From assembly GCF_004010195.1 (NCBI RefSeq), contig NC_057719.1, forward strand, positions 27,353,872 to 27,417,871: a stretch of 64,000 bases of DNA. Direction: 5' to 3'. This document shows, in pieces, positions 25,188 to 37,957 of this stretch; the stretch's first letter is position 1; every line of letters starts with the position of its first letter. Source of the DNA: Chiloscyllium plagiosum (taxonomy: Eukaryota). The translations under genes and the position numbers were made by a program. The notes beneath the pieces are model-generated. The model did no database searches. It was not told where the DNA came from and saw only the letters and a list, made by a program, of their open reading frames with translations.

Positions 25188-25842
25188 TATGGAAAATAAA
25201 GAACATGAAAGCATGGGAAGGGTTAAAGCATGAAGACCATTGGCAATCTGTGGTCTGTGGAAGGCAGGATGGGATAAGAATAGTGGAATGCTCTTACACC
25301 AATTAGCAGAGTAAGGTTCAGGCTGAAAGGTCACTATAGCAAGATGAGATACCGCAAGTAATAAAACAAGTTTCTCTGTTAAGTATCATTGTGACAAGAT
25401 TGGAACAATAAATATTTGGGACATGACATTAAAATATCTAATTAATAGTTAGTAGAGTCAGCTTGAGACAGGAGACTATTGTAATAGATGGAATAGCTAA
25501 ATATCTATCATGACTGGTTAGTCTGGAATGGAAGATCACTGTAGCAGAGTTAGCAATAAATATGGTTTTGCTTCCTTGTAGGTTTCACTTGTTAGCGAAA
25601 CTCGTGAGCTCCCTTGTGCAATTTGTGGTACCTGCCGAGAGGCAAATCAGGCCGGGATGTGTTGTCAGAGAGGGAGATATCTGCTTGTGAGCCTACTTTC
25701 GCGCTGCTGCCCATTTTCTGTGTCCCAGTCGATTTGGCCAAAATCGAGCGGAGGCGCAGATCATCCTTATCGGCTGTGCTCACACAGTGAAACAAACAAG
25801 GCTTTTGTGATCGCACAGGAATCAGTTTCGAGGAGAAATCAC
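25188..25842 (+). mobile_element. LTR-like segment, left end of 4-kb inserted block
   Basis: Starts immediately after the AACC TSD; GAAGGGTTAA motif; ends ..AAATCACA. Boundaries uncertain. Confidence 0.4.
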
Positions 25843-26560
25843 ATCCAGTTATTAGAAGCATAAGAACAAAAGCATTCTTCAGATCCTGTGCCAGAATATT
25901 GGGATGTGGTGAAAGGAAAGTGTTTCTTTTTGTTTTTCCTGGAAAAGAGCTGCAGGGGGAAGAGAAAGAAAAAAACCACCTGTTTAGTGAGTTTCCTGCA
26001 TAATCACCTCTGAGATTGATTTGAAGATAAATTATTTCCAATCACCAAAAAGCAACATGCTTGCATATATAGAGCCTCTGACTGCAGTCTCAAATGCTCC
26101 CCATATTGGCGGACAAATATGGCAGCCATCCCATGGCAACACAGGCTGCTTATCGAAGACCAAGTAAATCTGGCTTTTGGGGGTTGGTCCAAGGACGAAT
26201 CTTGGCTGGAACACTGAGAGTCATCCTTTGCTTCCAGCCGGGCTGTAGTTGTTTTTTTTAAACATAGGATATGATCTCCATTTAACACCTCATCTGAATA
26301 AACAGGAGGTTTGAGTTACCCTGAATAGGTATGCAACTTCATCTCATTCTCCACCAAATGAATGTTCCGTTGACACAATTGAATTCAATGCATTGATCTC
26401 TTTGGTTGAGTGCACGTAAAACATTTATCCTTCAAAGTGTTAAATAACATCAAGCAATAAGCTCTGTCCATCAGGAATCGTAGAGGTCTCCAGCACAGAA
26501 AAAGGCCCTTCAGTCCATCGAGTCTGCACCAGTCAAAAACAACCACCTGGCTATTCCACT

Positions 26561-26855
26561 CCCAGGGAGTTCAAAACTAGAGGGCTTAGGTTTAGGGTGA
26601 GAGGAGGAAGATTTAAAAGGGAACTGTGGGATACCTTTTTCACGCAGAGGCTGGTGCATGTACGGAATGGGCTGCCAGCAGAGGTGGTGGAGGCTGGTAC
26701 AATTACAACATTTGAAAGGCATTTGAACAGGTATATGAATAGGAAGGGTTTGGAGGAATATGGGCTGGGTGCTGGCAGGTGGGACTAGATGGGTTTGGGA
26801 AACTTGGTCAGCACAAGCAAGTTTCTGAGCTGTATGACGCTATGACTCTGTGACT
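26561..26855 (+). mobile_element. CR1 3' fragment, inserted in an antisense CR1 tail (~26475-26940)
   Basis: FFTQRLVHVRNGLPAEVVEAGTI; TATGACGCTATGACTCTGTGACT tail. Confidence 0.88.
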
Positions 26856-26939
26856 TGGCCCTTTTAGCCGTAATAGCCAAGGGCACATCGAAATCCTGCT
26901 TCAATGTGGTGAGGGTATCTGCTTCTCCCACCCTGACAG

Positions 26940-27082
26940 GAGACTGGTGCTGAGTTTAACCCGAGAGTCACCCACTCTTTAGGCGAGGGGAAGAGGTTGA
27001 GGGGACTCCTTCATGGTAACCTCAGCTGACAAGGGAGTTGGACCCATGCTTTTGGCATCATTCACCAACTGTCCAGCTAATT
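26940..27082 (-). mobile_element. Degenerate tRNA-derived SINE
   Basis: B-box-like GGGTCCAACTCCC and a tRNA-like head on the - strand. Confidence 0.5.
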
Positions 27083-27110
27083 AAACATGCAGATGTAATG
27101 GAACTGGCTA

Positions 27111-27920
27111 ATCATCATCATCATTAACGGTTCCTCACAGACCAGGACGACTCTCTCCCAGTCTCAGGCTGAGTCCATAAGTGGCTGTCAAGACCAGTGT
27201 GGCTACCACAGGCTCTGTTACACTTGGGGCAGGTGATGGTTGTGGGAAGGGGGTGGGTGGGATGTTGGTGTGGCAACGCACTCCTTTCCCTCCCACCACT
27301 CCGCCCCCACCCCTGGCTTCCACTTTTCCCTGACAGCAGGTCTCGAGGTGCTTGATGCCTTCCAGGATGCTCCCCCTCCACTCTAGACAGTCTTGGCCCA
27401 GTGATTCCCAGGTGTCTGCGGGAATGCTGCCGGTGAGGCCTTGCGGGTCTCCCTGAAGCGCTTCCTCTGGGGATCAAGGAGTGGGGGTGGCGGGCAGTGG
27501 TCAGTGCTCCGATGCTGGAGATGTTGGCCTGGTCAAGGACACTGCTGTTGGTGCATCTGTCCTCCCAGCGGGTTGGCGGGATTTTGCGCAGGCGGTGTTG
27601 GTGGGACTACTCCAGCCCCTTGAGGTGTCCACATCTCAGAGCCCTATAGGGGGGTCCGAACCACCACAGCTCTGTACCATGATCTTGGTGTCAAATCTTA
27701 TGTTGTTATCCTCCAACACCCTTGCTGTTGGTGCATCTGTCCTCCCAGCGGGTTGGCGGGATTTTGCGCAGGCGGTGTTGGTGGGACTACTCCAGCCCCT
27801 TGAGGTGTCCACATCTCAGAGCCCTATAGGAGGGTCCGAACCACCACAGCTCTGTACCATGATCTTGGTGTCGGATCTGATGTTGTTATCCTCCAACACC
27901 CTTTTCTTAAGCTTGAGCCT
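27111..27920 (-). mobile_element. RTE-clade LINE 3' end
   Basis: KRVLED..I..DTKIMV/RAVV..TLL*GSE.WT; C-terminal CPKCNRACGSHTGLDSHL; (TGA)n tail at 27111-27124. Confidence 0.85.
27543..27902. repeat. 180-bp tandem duplication within the RTE
   Basis: 27543-27722 vs 27723-27902, 4 differences. Confidence 0.95.
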
Positions 27921-28211
27921 ATCTTCTACTGAACACTTCCTTCGCTGATTGGTATCAGTAAATTCGACTCATGTCAATTAGACAGACTGGTGGAAGTGAA
28001 TCTACCTTGGACATCTCAGCTGGTTCCAGTGGAAATGACCATAATGGTTATCATTCTGACAGAGGGACCATATATGCCAGGGGCATGTCTTAGGCGTCAA
28101 TTTTAACACTCAGAGACCAAATTGAATTTTTTTTTAAAATCAGAAGCATGTCATTCTTGAGCCTGCATATTGTAGCACAATTCTCCAATAAACCACACAA
28201 AACATAGAACG

Positions 28212-29211
28212 TATGGAGCCAAACCAAAGGTGAATGCTGTGCCCAAAACTTTACAGTGGCTTATTGTATTGTGCTGCGGTGTGCTGAAGCGAAGGGTTAA
28301 CTGTACCACTATAATAACATACAGTACAAACCACAGTACATGATAGCTACTGCGCATATATTGTGTCCAATTCTGGTCTCCTTCCTATTGAAAAGATGTT
28401 GTGAAACCTGAAAGGGTTCAGAAAAGATTTACAAGGATGTTGCCAGAGTTGGAGGATTTGAGCTATAGGGAGAGGCTGAATAGGCTGGGGCTGTTTTCCC
28501 TGGAGCGTCGGAGGCTGAGGGGTGACCTTACAGAGGTTTACAAAATTATGAGGGGCATGGATAGGGTAAATAGACAAAGTCTTTTCCCTGGGGTCGGGGA
28601 GTCCAGAAGTAGAGGGCATAGGTTTAGGGTGAGAGGGAAAAGATATAAAAGAGACCTAAGGGGCAACTGTTTCACACAGAGGGTGGTACGTGTATGGGAT
28701 GAGCTGCCAGAGGATGTGGTGGAGGCTGATACAAATGCAACATTTAAGAGGCATTTGGATGGGTATATGAATAGGAAGGGTTTGGAGGCATACGGGCCGG
28801 GTGCTGGCAGTTGGGACTGGATTGGGTTGGAATATCTGGTCGGCATGGACAGGTTGGACCGAAGGGTCTGTTTCCATGCTGTACATCTCTATGACTCTAT
28901 GACTATGACTCTATCTAACTGTGACATTAGAATAACATGAAGTAGAATGTACAACTAGAGAGATAATGGGAACTAACATCACTGGTTTATTGTGTAGCTA
29001 GAGTGAGGTACTTTGATTGATATAGTTGGACATGCCGATAAGCTGACAGAAACATGATAAAAAAAGGTATAAAACTCCATGGACCCTGAGGTTCGTGGGC
29101 ATTCAAGAATCTGTTTTCTCAGTGTCACGGTTTTTTGTTTGCAAATAAAGGACCTACTTTTTGAAGAACTCTCTGCATCTCCTGGTGATTCTCTACATTT
29201 TCTCCACAACA
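28212..29211 (+). mobile_element. LTR-like segment (right end of 4-kb block), interrupted by CR1
   Basis: TATAAAA ~29068, AATAAA ~29144, ends CTCCACAACA before AACC; left boundary uncertain. Confidence 0.6.
28358..28913 (+). mobile_element. Young CR1 3' fragment
   Basis: ORF 28401-28940 ERVQKRFTRMLP..RRLRGDL; CTATGACT tail. Confidence 0.95.
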
Positions 29212-30447
29212 AACCACAAAGGAAAAACAACACTTACAAGACTTATGCGCAGGCCTCCTAGCAGTGGTCAGAAAAAAAAATTGGGAGAAAGAAAAGGTAT
29301 GTAAGAAAGGCACTATTACATAATCATGGAGAACTTCAATATGTAAATAGACTGGGAAAATCAGGTTGGTAGCCAATCCCAAGAAAATAAATTCATGGAA
29401 TGTTTGCAAGATTTGTTTTGGAGCAGCATGTGGTAGAGTCATCTATGGTACAGGCATCTTTGAATGTATAATGAGGGTGTCTTGATTAGGGAGCATAAGA
29501 GGACAGTGATCATAATATGATAGAATTCACCCTGCAGTTTGAGAGGAAGAAGTTGGAATAAGATACTATGGTATTACAATTGTGTAACAGTAGCTACAAA
29601 GACATGAGGGAGGAGCTGGCCTGAGATGATTGGAAGGAGAGTCTCACAGGGAAGATGGTAGAGCTGCAATAGCAAGAGTCTCAGGAGGTAATTTGGAAGG
29701 CAAAGCAGAAATTCATCCCAAGGAACAAGAAAGATACAAAGGGATGGGTGAGGCAACTAAGGCTGACAAATGAGGTCAGGAAGAGCATAAAAGCAAAAGA
29801 AAAACTATACAATTTGTTGAAGATTAGTGGGAAGTTTTTAACAACCATCAGACAACAACCAAAAAAGCAATAAGGGGAAGACGATGAAATATGAGGGTTA
29901 TGGGGCTAACTAGTAATATAAAAGAAGATTGCAAGAGTTTAGTTTAGACTTTTATTTAAAAGGTAAGAGAGATTAAAAAGTGGACACCGGACCATTGGAA
30001 AATGAGGCTGGAGATGCAATACTGGGGAACACAGAAATGGCAGAGGAACTGAATAGGTACTTTACATCAGTCTTCACAGTGGAAGATACCATAACATACC
30101 AGAAATTCAAGAGAGCCAGAGAAAATGGATGAGTGCAGTGACCATAATTGAGGAGAAGGGGCTAGGGAAGTTGAAAGGCCTGAAGGTGGATGAATCACTC
30201 AAACAAGATGGACTGTACTGGACAGTTCTGAAGGACATAATTGAGGAGGTTGTAGATGCATTGGTGGTGACCTTTCAGAAATCACTGGTAGGTCCTAAAG
30301 GACTGAAAAAGGGCTAGTGTAATACTCCTGTTTAAGTAGGGACGAAGGCAGAATACAGGAAAGTATGGGCCACTTAGCCTAACACTGGTCATTGGTAAGT
30401 TTTAGAATCCATCATTACAGGTGTATTTGAAGAATACTAGTTAATGC

Positions 30448-32650
30448 ATAGGGTCATAGATGTATACAGCATGAAAACAGGTCCTTCAGCCCAACGTATC
30501 TATGACAACCAAGTTACTTAAACTAATTGTCCCATTTGTCTGCTTTTGGCCCATATCCCTCCAATGCTTTCCTATCCATGTACCTGTTCAAAAATGCTGT
30601 AATTGTACCAGCCTCTACCACTTTCTCTGGCAGTTCATTCCATATATGCACCACCCTCTGTGTGAAAAAGTTGCCTCTCAAGTTCTTTTTAAATCTTTCC
30701 CCTCTAGTCTTAGACATGTCCACCCCGTAGAAAAGACCTTTGCTATTCACCTTATGTATGCCCCTCATGATTTTATAAACCTCTATAATCCCTATGCTCC
30801 AGGGAAAAAAAGTCCCAGCCTATCCAGTCTCTCCTCATGACTAAAATCTTCCAGTCTCAGTAACATCCGTGTCAATGTTTTTTGTAGCCTTTCCAGTTTA
30901 ATAACATCCTTCTATAGCAAGTAAACCTGAATTGTATGCAGTACTCCAAATGTTGGCTTACCAATGTATTTTACAGCTGTTACATGACATCCCAATTCCT
31001 ATAGGTGGAGGTGGGTACTGCAGATGCTGGAGATTAGCGCCAAGATTAGAATGATGTTGGAAAAGCACAGCTGGTCAGGCAGCATCCAGTGAGCAGGAAA
31101 ATCGATGTTTCGGGCATTCCTGATGAAGGGCTTTTACCCAAAATGTTGATTTTCCTGCTTCTCAGATGCTGCCTGACCTGCTGTGCTTTTCCAGCACCAC
31201 TCTAATCTTGACCCCAACTCCTATACTGAATGTTTTGTCCAATGAAAGCAAGCATACCAAATACCTTCTTCACCTTGTCTACCTCTGACACCACTTTCAA
31301 AGAACTATGTACCTGCACCCCTAGGTTCGACAACTGTCCCCAGGGCCTTACCATGTACCTCCTGCCCTGGTTTGTCTTATCAAAGTGCAACACTTCACAT
31401 TTATCTGAATTAAACTCCATCTGCCATTCCTCACCGTACTGGCCCAGTTCATCAAGATCCCACTGTATTCTTAGATAACTTTCTTCACGATCCATATATC
31501 ATCAATTTTGGTGTAATCAACAAATTTACTAACCAAGCCTCCTATATTCTCATCCAAATATAAATGACAAATGACAGTGGAACAATCCTTATGGCACACT
31601 GTAGGTCACAGGCCTCTAGTCTGAAAAACACGATCCTCTACCACCACTCTTATATCAATTGGCTAGCTCTCCCTGAATCCCAGTAGATCTAATCTCACTA
31701 ACAAGTCCACTATGCGGTACCTTGTCAAAGGCCTTGCTAAGTCCATGTAAATAATGTCTACCACATTACCCACATCTATCTTCCTGGTCATCACTTCAAA
31801 AAACCCAATCAAATTTGTGAGATACAATTTCCCACACACAAAGCCATGCTGACCATTCGAAATCAACCCTTGCCTTTCTGAAAGCATATAGAATCAATCT
31901 GCCAGAATGCCTCCAACAACTTACCAAGCACTGACATTAGGTTCACTGGTCTGTAGTTCTCTGGTGTTTCTTCACAGCCTCTTTTAAATAAAGGCACAGC
32001 ATTAGCCACCCTCTAGCCCTCTGGCAGCACACCTATGGCTGTCGAAGATACAAATATATCTGCTAGGGGCTGCACAATTTCTTCCCTAGCTTCCCACAAT
32101 GTCCTGGGATATACTTGATCAGGTCCTGTGTATGTATCTACCTTTATGCATTTTAAGATCTCCAGCACCTCCTCTGTGATGTGGACTCTTTTCAAGACAT
32201 CAGGAATTTTCCCCCAAGTTCCCTAGCTTCTATGTCTTTTCCACAGTAAATATTGACAAGAAATATTAATTTAAGATCTCACTCATCTCATGTGGTTCTA
32301 CACATAGATAATCTTGTGGATCTATAAGGGGCCATATTCTCTCCCTAGTTACTCTTTTACCCTTAATATACTTGCAGAATCTATTTGGATTCTCCTTTGC
32401 CTCATCTTCCAAAACTATCTCATGTCTCCTTTTGTCCTCCTGATTTCCCTCTTAAGTGTACTCCTACATCCCTATACTTCTCAAGGGATTCACTTGATCC
32501 CAGCTGCCTATACCTGAAATATGCGTCCTCCCTTTTGTTGATCAGAGCCTCACCATCTCTAGTTATCCAGTGTTGCGTGCTCTTGCAGCCTTGCCCTTCA
32601 ATCTAACAGGAATATGCTGGTCATGAACTTTTGCTATCTCACTTTTGAAA
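30448..32650 (-). mobile_element. CR1 LINE (RT to 3' tail), antisense to its host CR1
   Basis: GPDQVYPRTLWEARE, QHGFVCGK, WQMEFNSDKCEVLHF, FFTQRVVHIWNELP. Confidence 0.92.
31004..31212. mobile_element. Miniature fold-back PLE pLTR element
   Basis: Inverted arms, decayed hammerhead; TSD CCCAA(T/C)TCCTATA at 30991-31003 and 31213-31225. Confidence 0.85.
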
Positions 32651-33579
32651 GTGAATGGTAAAATGGGTTGACTGGCTGGCAGAAGGCAGCTATGATTAGG
32701 GATAAAGAGGTCTTTTTCAGGATGGTAGCCAGTGACTACTGGAGTTCTACAGGGGTCAGTATTGGGACCATAACTATTCACATTATACATTAATGATATG
32801 GAAAAAGGAACAAAGGGTATTGTTGCTAAGTTTGAAGATAACACAAAGATAGATGGAGGGACAGGTAGTGAAGAGGAAGTAGGCAAGGCTGCAGAAGAAC
32901 TTGAACAGGCCAGAAGAGTGGGCAAAGAAGTGGTAGATGGAACACAATGCAGGAAAGTGGAGGGTTATACACTTTGGTAGAAAGAATAGTGGCATGGCCT
33001 ATTCTCTAAATGGGAAAATACTTTGGAAATCTGAAGCACAAAGGACTTAGGAGTTCTAGTTCAGGATTCTCTTAAAGTTAACATGCAATCCAATTAAGAA
33101 GACAAATGTAATATTAGCATTCATTTCACAAGGGCTAGAATACAAGAGCAGGGATGTACTGCTGAGGCTGTATAAGGCTCAGGTCAGACCGCATTTGGAA
33201 TATTGTGAGCTGATTTGGGCGCCTATATCTAAGGAAGGATGTGCTGGCATTGGAGGGGGACCTGAAGAAGATTATGAGAATGAACTCAGGATGAAGGGCT
33301 TGTATAATGAGGAGTGGCTGAGGACTCTAGGTCTGTACTGAATGAAGCTTAGAAGATTGGGGGGAGGAATCTGATTGCAACTTACAGTGATGCCTGGATA
33401 GAGTGGACATGGAGAAGATGTGCCCACTCGTAGGAATATCTAGAACCTGAGAGCACAGCCTCAGAGTGAAGAAAGATCCTTTAGAACTGAGATGAGGGGG
33501 AATTTCTTCAGCTGCAGGGTGATTAATCCATGGAACTCACTTCCATAGAAGGCTGTGGAACCCAAGTCTTTGTATTTAT

Positions 33580-34181
33580 TGTGACAATGGTGTCACCTTA
33601 AAAACGGTAATTTTGTAGTGTTTCTTTTAAGAGAGGCAGCAGATGTGCCAAGCAGGCTACTGAAAACGGCCTAAATGAATAACTTAGGAGGCCTTTAATC
33701 TTTTTTAAAATTATAACAATGGAAAGGGAGTGGCTTTCTAGTTTTTTTTAGCTGTAGCACTCAGAAGCTGTTTGGAGTTGGAAGGGCTGGAAGCTTCAGT
33801 GAATGATTCCTAGCTGCTACTTTCTCTGAAATCTCTCAATGTTGTTTCCTCCTGGATTGGAGGACTGCATGTAAGAACCTGTGTCTGAATTTACATTTTT
33901 GCCAAGAGGTGTGTTTATGGGATGTTACTATATTGGAGCAGTTAACTAGTAAAAGGTGCTGTATCTATCATTTGATTAAGTTTTCCAATAGTTAAGTTAT
34001 TCTAAATTCTTCTTTCTTTTGTTTCTATTTTAATTACCACGTTTAAATAAATTGTGTTCTGCTTAACATCGAGTGGTTCAACAAGTGACATCACCTCTGG
34101 AACACGCACTTCACATCTATCTTTCAAATAAGAAAATGTTAGGGTCTAAGCTACTTCTTGTGACTAGTCTGATCCATAATA
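33580..34181 (+). mobile_element. Solo LTR (~600 bp) in CR1 3' region
   Basis: TGTGACAAT start, ..GATCCATAATA end, AATAAA ~34046, flanks TTAT/GTAT; CR1 resumes after it. Confidence 0.7.
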
Positions 34182-35769
34182 GTATTGAAGACAAGGATAG
34201 ATGGATTCTTGATTAGTAAGAGGATAAAGGGTTACAGAGAGAAGGCAGGACAATGTGTTTGAGAAACACATCAGCCATGATCAATTGGTGGGGCAGACTT
34301 GATGGGCAGAATGGCCCAATTCTGTTCCTATATTTTATGGTCCTATGGTTTGTAAAGTTGTAAAGTAGTGCATAACACAATACTGAAGTATTTTAGTTTG
34401 GTATTCTATGGTCAGAGGGGCACAATGGGGAATACAATTACAAATCTTTCTGGCCAAAGTTACAAAGAATGCCTGGAAATGTTGGAATATGATGCAGAAG
34501 CTGCTGGAGGTGGAAAATCAATTCCCTTAAATGTACAGCCTCCAACAGGGTTTGAGCATAAGTTGTGTTGACAAATATAAATGGGAAAGCTGTGGTGAGA
34601 GACTTACCAGCCAATGTAATCGCAGTGTGAAATGTAATTGGAGTGATCTGTTCAGTATAAAATGTCAACTGACAGGAGTTCCATTGTGGAATGAACCCAC
34701 CACAGTTTAGCTGTAACAGACTTCAATATGTACTCAAGAAGAGAAAATCAGATATTTAAATTCTGACTGTATAGAGTACAGATCTACATTCAAAATTGTT
34801 TTTGTTAGATATAAAATGTGTTTTTGGCACAAAATATATTTGGCGGTTTCATTCAGTCATTAATTACTGCTGAAGCAGGGCATGTTATGAGAATCAAATG
34901 GTAACTAGCCAAGGTTTTTCAGTCATTGGTGAAGGAAAGGCATTTGTTATTTGCTGTGCTGAAAGCTATCCTAAGATTTTGACAGGTGCTATGTTGACAC
35001 AGTCTATAGAGGACCGAAGGGGATGGGTACAAGGTCATAAGTTGTATGAGAACCTCTAGGCCTACACTTTTAACCACGAGTTGGATGCAGAGAGTAAGAA
35101 GAATTCCTGACTATATGAATCAGATTGTTAAAGATTACTGTGAGGATGTCAGATTTTCAATCTGTGGGAGATGCAAGCAACATCACATTGGAGTGAGTGT
35201 GGACATTTGCTGAATAACAAAGTGCTGAAGTCTTCAATTTATACAAAGTTAATTAAGATTATAATTTGTAGTTTGCTGAAAGAAAAATTGGCAGTTTTAA
35301 ATTCTGTAGTTGCAAGTTTTGAGTTTATTATCAAGGGATGCTTTGGAAGGGCAACCTAATTAAAGAATTGGTTGTAACTTAATAATCAGAGAGCTAAGCC
35401 CTTTGGGTTGGGAGCATTTTAAGTAGCCAACCCAGTGTGTCTGAGCACTTGACTGTGAATTACAATAAACAGCAGGAGTTAAGTATCTCAAAGAGAGAAG
35501 CGTTTTCTCTCAGCGAAGAAGCTGATTGGTGAGTATTTCTAGTCTTTAAAGTCAATGTAAGATCTTTAGTTTGTGTTCAGGTCTTTCCAGGATGTTTCTT
35601 ATTCTGTGTTTTTTTTTAAAATAGCCTGTACGCCATAAGATTAATACCAAATTAAGAAAGGGAAATCACACAATAAGCTGTAAAAAGCAGGCATTTGTCA
35701 GTGATTTTAATTAATAACTTAATTAAAGAGCTCAGTGTTTCTGTATAACCAATCTGAGCTCTACAGCCT

Positions 35770-36620
35770 TGCAAATTCTAGTCAGGGATGGTGGTGGTCA
35801 ATTAAACGACTCACTGAAGGATGAGGCTGCACACATATCCCAACCCTTAGAGATGGGGGAACCCAGCGCATCAATCCAAAAGAAGCATTCACATCAACCT
35901 TCACCCAGAAGTGCCAAGTGGATGATCTACCTTGACCTCCTCCAGATGTCCCCAACATCACAGGAATCAAGCTTCAGCCAATTTGATTCACTCCATGTGA
36001 TATCAAGAATTAGATAGAGGCATTGGATACTGCTAAAGCTGTGAACCACGACAATATTCTGGCAATATTACTGAAGACTAGTGCTCCAGAACTTACTGTA
36101 CCCCAAGCCAAGCTGTTCCAGTGATGCGACAACACTGGCATCTGCTCAACAATGTGGAAAATCCCTGAAGTATGTACTATGTATAAGAAAAGTAGGGCAA
36201 ATTCAACATGGTCTATTATTACTGGGTATCAGTCTACTCTCAATCATCAATAAAGGGGTCATAAACAGTGCTAACAAGCAGCACCTACTCAGTAACAACT
36301 TGCTCAGTGACACCCAGTTTAGGTTCCACAGGGCCGCTCAAGTCCTGACCTCTTTACAGTCTCAGTTCAAGTGATGAGGTGAGAGTGACATCAAGGACAC
36401 ATTTGGCAAGAAACATAGACACCTGGTAATAATATTGTCTAACTAGAGAATCTTACCATCGTCCCTAAGCATTCACTGGCATTACCATGACTGAATTCCC
36501 TGTTATCAACATCCTGGGGTATACCATTGACCAGAAACCTATTCAGACTCACCATATAAATCTAGTGGTTAAAAGAGGAGGTCAGAAGCTAGGAATCCTT
36601 CAGCGAATAACTCACCTCCA
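35770..36620 (+). mobile_element. Old CR1/L2-group LINE fragment
   Basis: Homologous to 2520-2750 plus 4875-5720 (CAATGTGGAAAA, LLSNNLLSDTQF). Confidence 0.75.
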
Positions 36621-37957
36621 GAATTCCTATACACTGCATCTTATGTTTCTGAGCAGCACAATGACCAATCAGATTGAAGAATTCCCACTGAGCCAGGCAG
36701 AGTCTCAGCTGTTCTGATGAAAGGTAATTGACTTGAAAAGTGACCTGTGTTTTTCCCTCCAGTGCTGCCTGGCCTGCTGAGCACTTGCACCATTTGCTGC
36801 CTTGATGGCAAACCAAGAAGTAAAAAAGCAGGGAATTTCATTTAAAGGATATATGCAAAAAGGTTAATAAATATTCCAAATTATAAATGGCATTAAAAGA
36901 GAAAGAATGCAAACGAATGTAAAAATAAAAAGTAATTTTACAGATTCCCCAACACTTCTTTAATGGCAATAGATGACTTGGTGCAACTAGACCTTGCTGT
37001 GGAGAAAGAACACTGCATATTGTTTGTAAAATCACCTTTTCCAAAGCCAGAGAGTTTGCTTGTCAGTAGTCACAGTTAAAGGATCTGGTGCACTCAACCC
37101 AACTATTTCAGCAATTATTAGTGCAGACCTAGTGAGGAATCACAGCGAGTTCACACTTTTGCAGTCTTTTCAATACTGCATCTATTTAGTGAAGAGCAGG
37201 GTAGCTGACTTACTTCCAGAAGCTGAACTTAGCTATGCTTGTGCAGATGGCAGAAGCTGCTGCTTGACTTACCCCATAATAATGAATGCTAATGGTCTCA
37301 CTACAATTACTGCAGCAAAATTATGGTCGATCACTTCAGGAAAGGACCATTTTCCAAATCTCAGAAACATGCAGCATCTTTTAGAGTTGGTAAACCAACA
37401 CTTGCCCATCTCCTTCTGGTGAAAATTCCAATGTGTTAGACACCCTCTGATGCTATCCACTATTGTGAGAAAGGATAGTTATTTTATTGTGTGTACCCTA
37501 ATAGATGTTGCCCAGAGAGATAGAAACGCATTTGGACTTGCACTGTAGTGTGAAAAATGGTTGTTACGTTCACCTACATAAATTAAGTAACGGAACTGGA
37601 AGAGTAATTGTCAGTGAAGTATATTAGGATGATTCAAAGAGTTGAAAGGAAAGGCTTGCAAAAATTCAAGTTTCTCTTCAATGTTTTATCCTGGGTTAGA
37701 GATGACAGCTTGCTGATTTTTATTTTCTATTCACTGGAAACAGTAGGACTCATAGATGATATTCAGAGCTCTATAAATGGAACGGTGCATTTGCCCAGTT
37801 TTACAATTTTTTAAAAATCTAAAGGAATAAATAATAATCTTAATTTTGAAGGAATAAACTGATTTTTGGAAAAAATGTGATTGTATGATAGTTAGAAACT
37901 CATTCTGTAATAATATGTATTGCTACAATTCATTGGAGGGTGTCAGATGACTTAAAA

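Larger units (their letters stand above)
24790..34350 (+). mobile_element. Old CR1 ORF2 broken into four segments (24790-25187, 29212-30440, 32650-33579, 34182-34350) by nested insertions
   Basis: LRVLCLNAR / ITET / ELRN|HKGK..RPP / IMENFN / SDHNMI / VAKFEDNTKI occur in CR1 order; 3' tail near 34340. Confidence 0.85.

Noticed and set aside
37060..37422. 120-aa + strand ORF
   Set aside because: Non-ATG start, no recognisable domain and no splice support.
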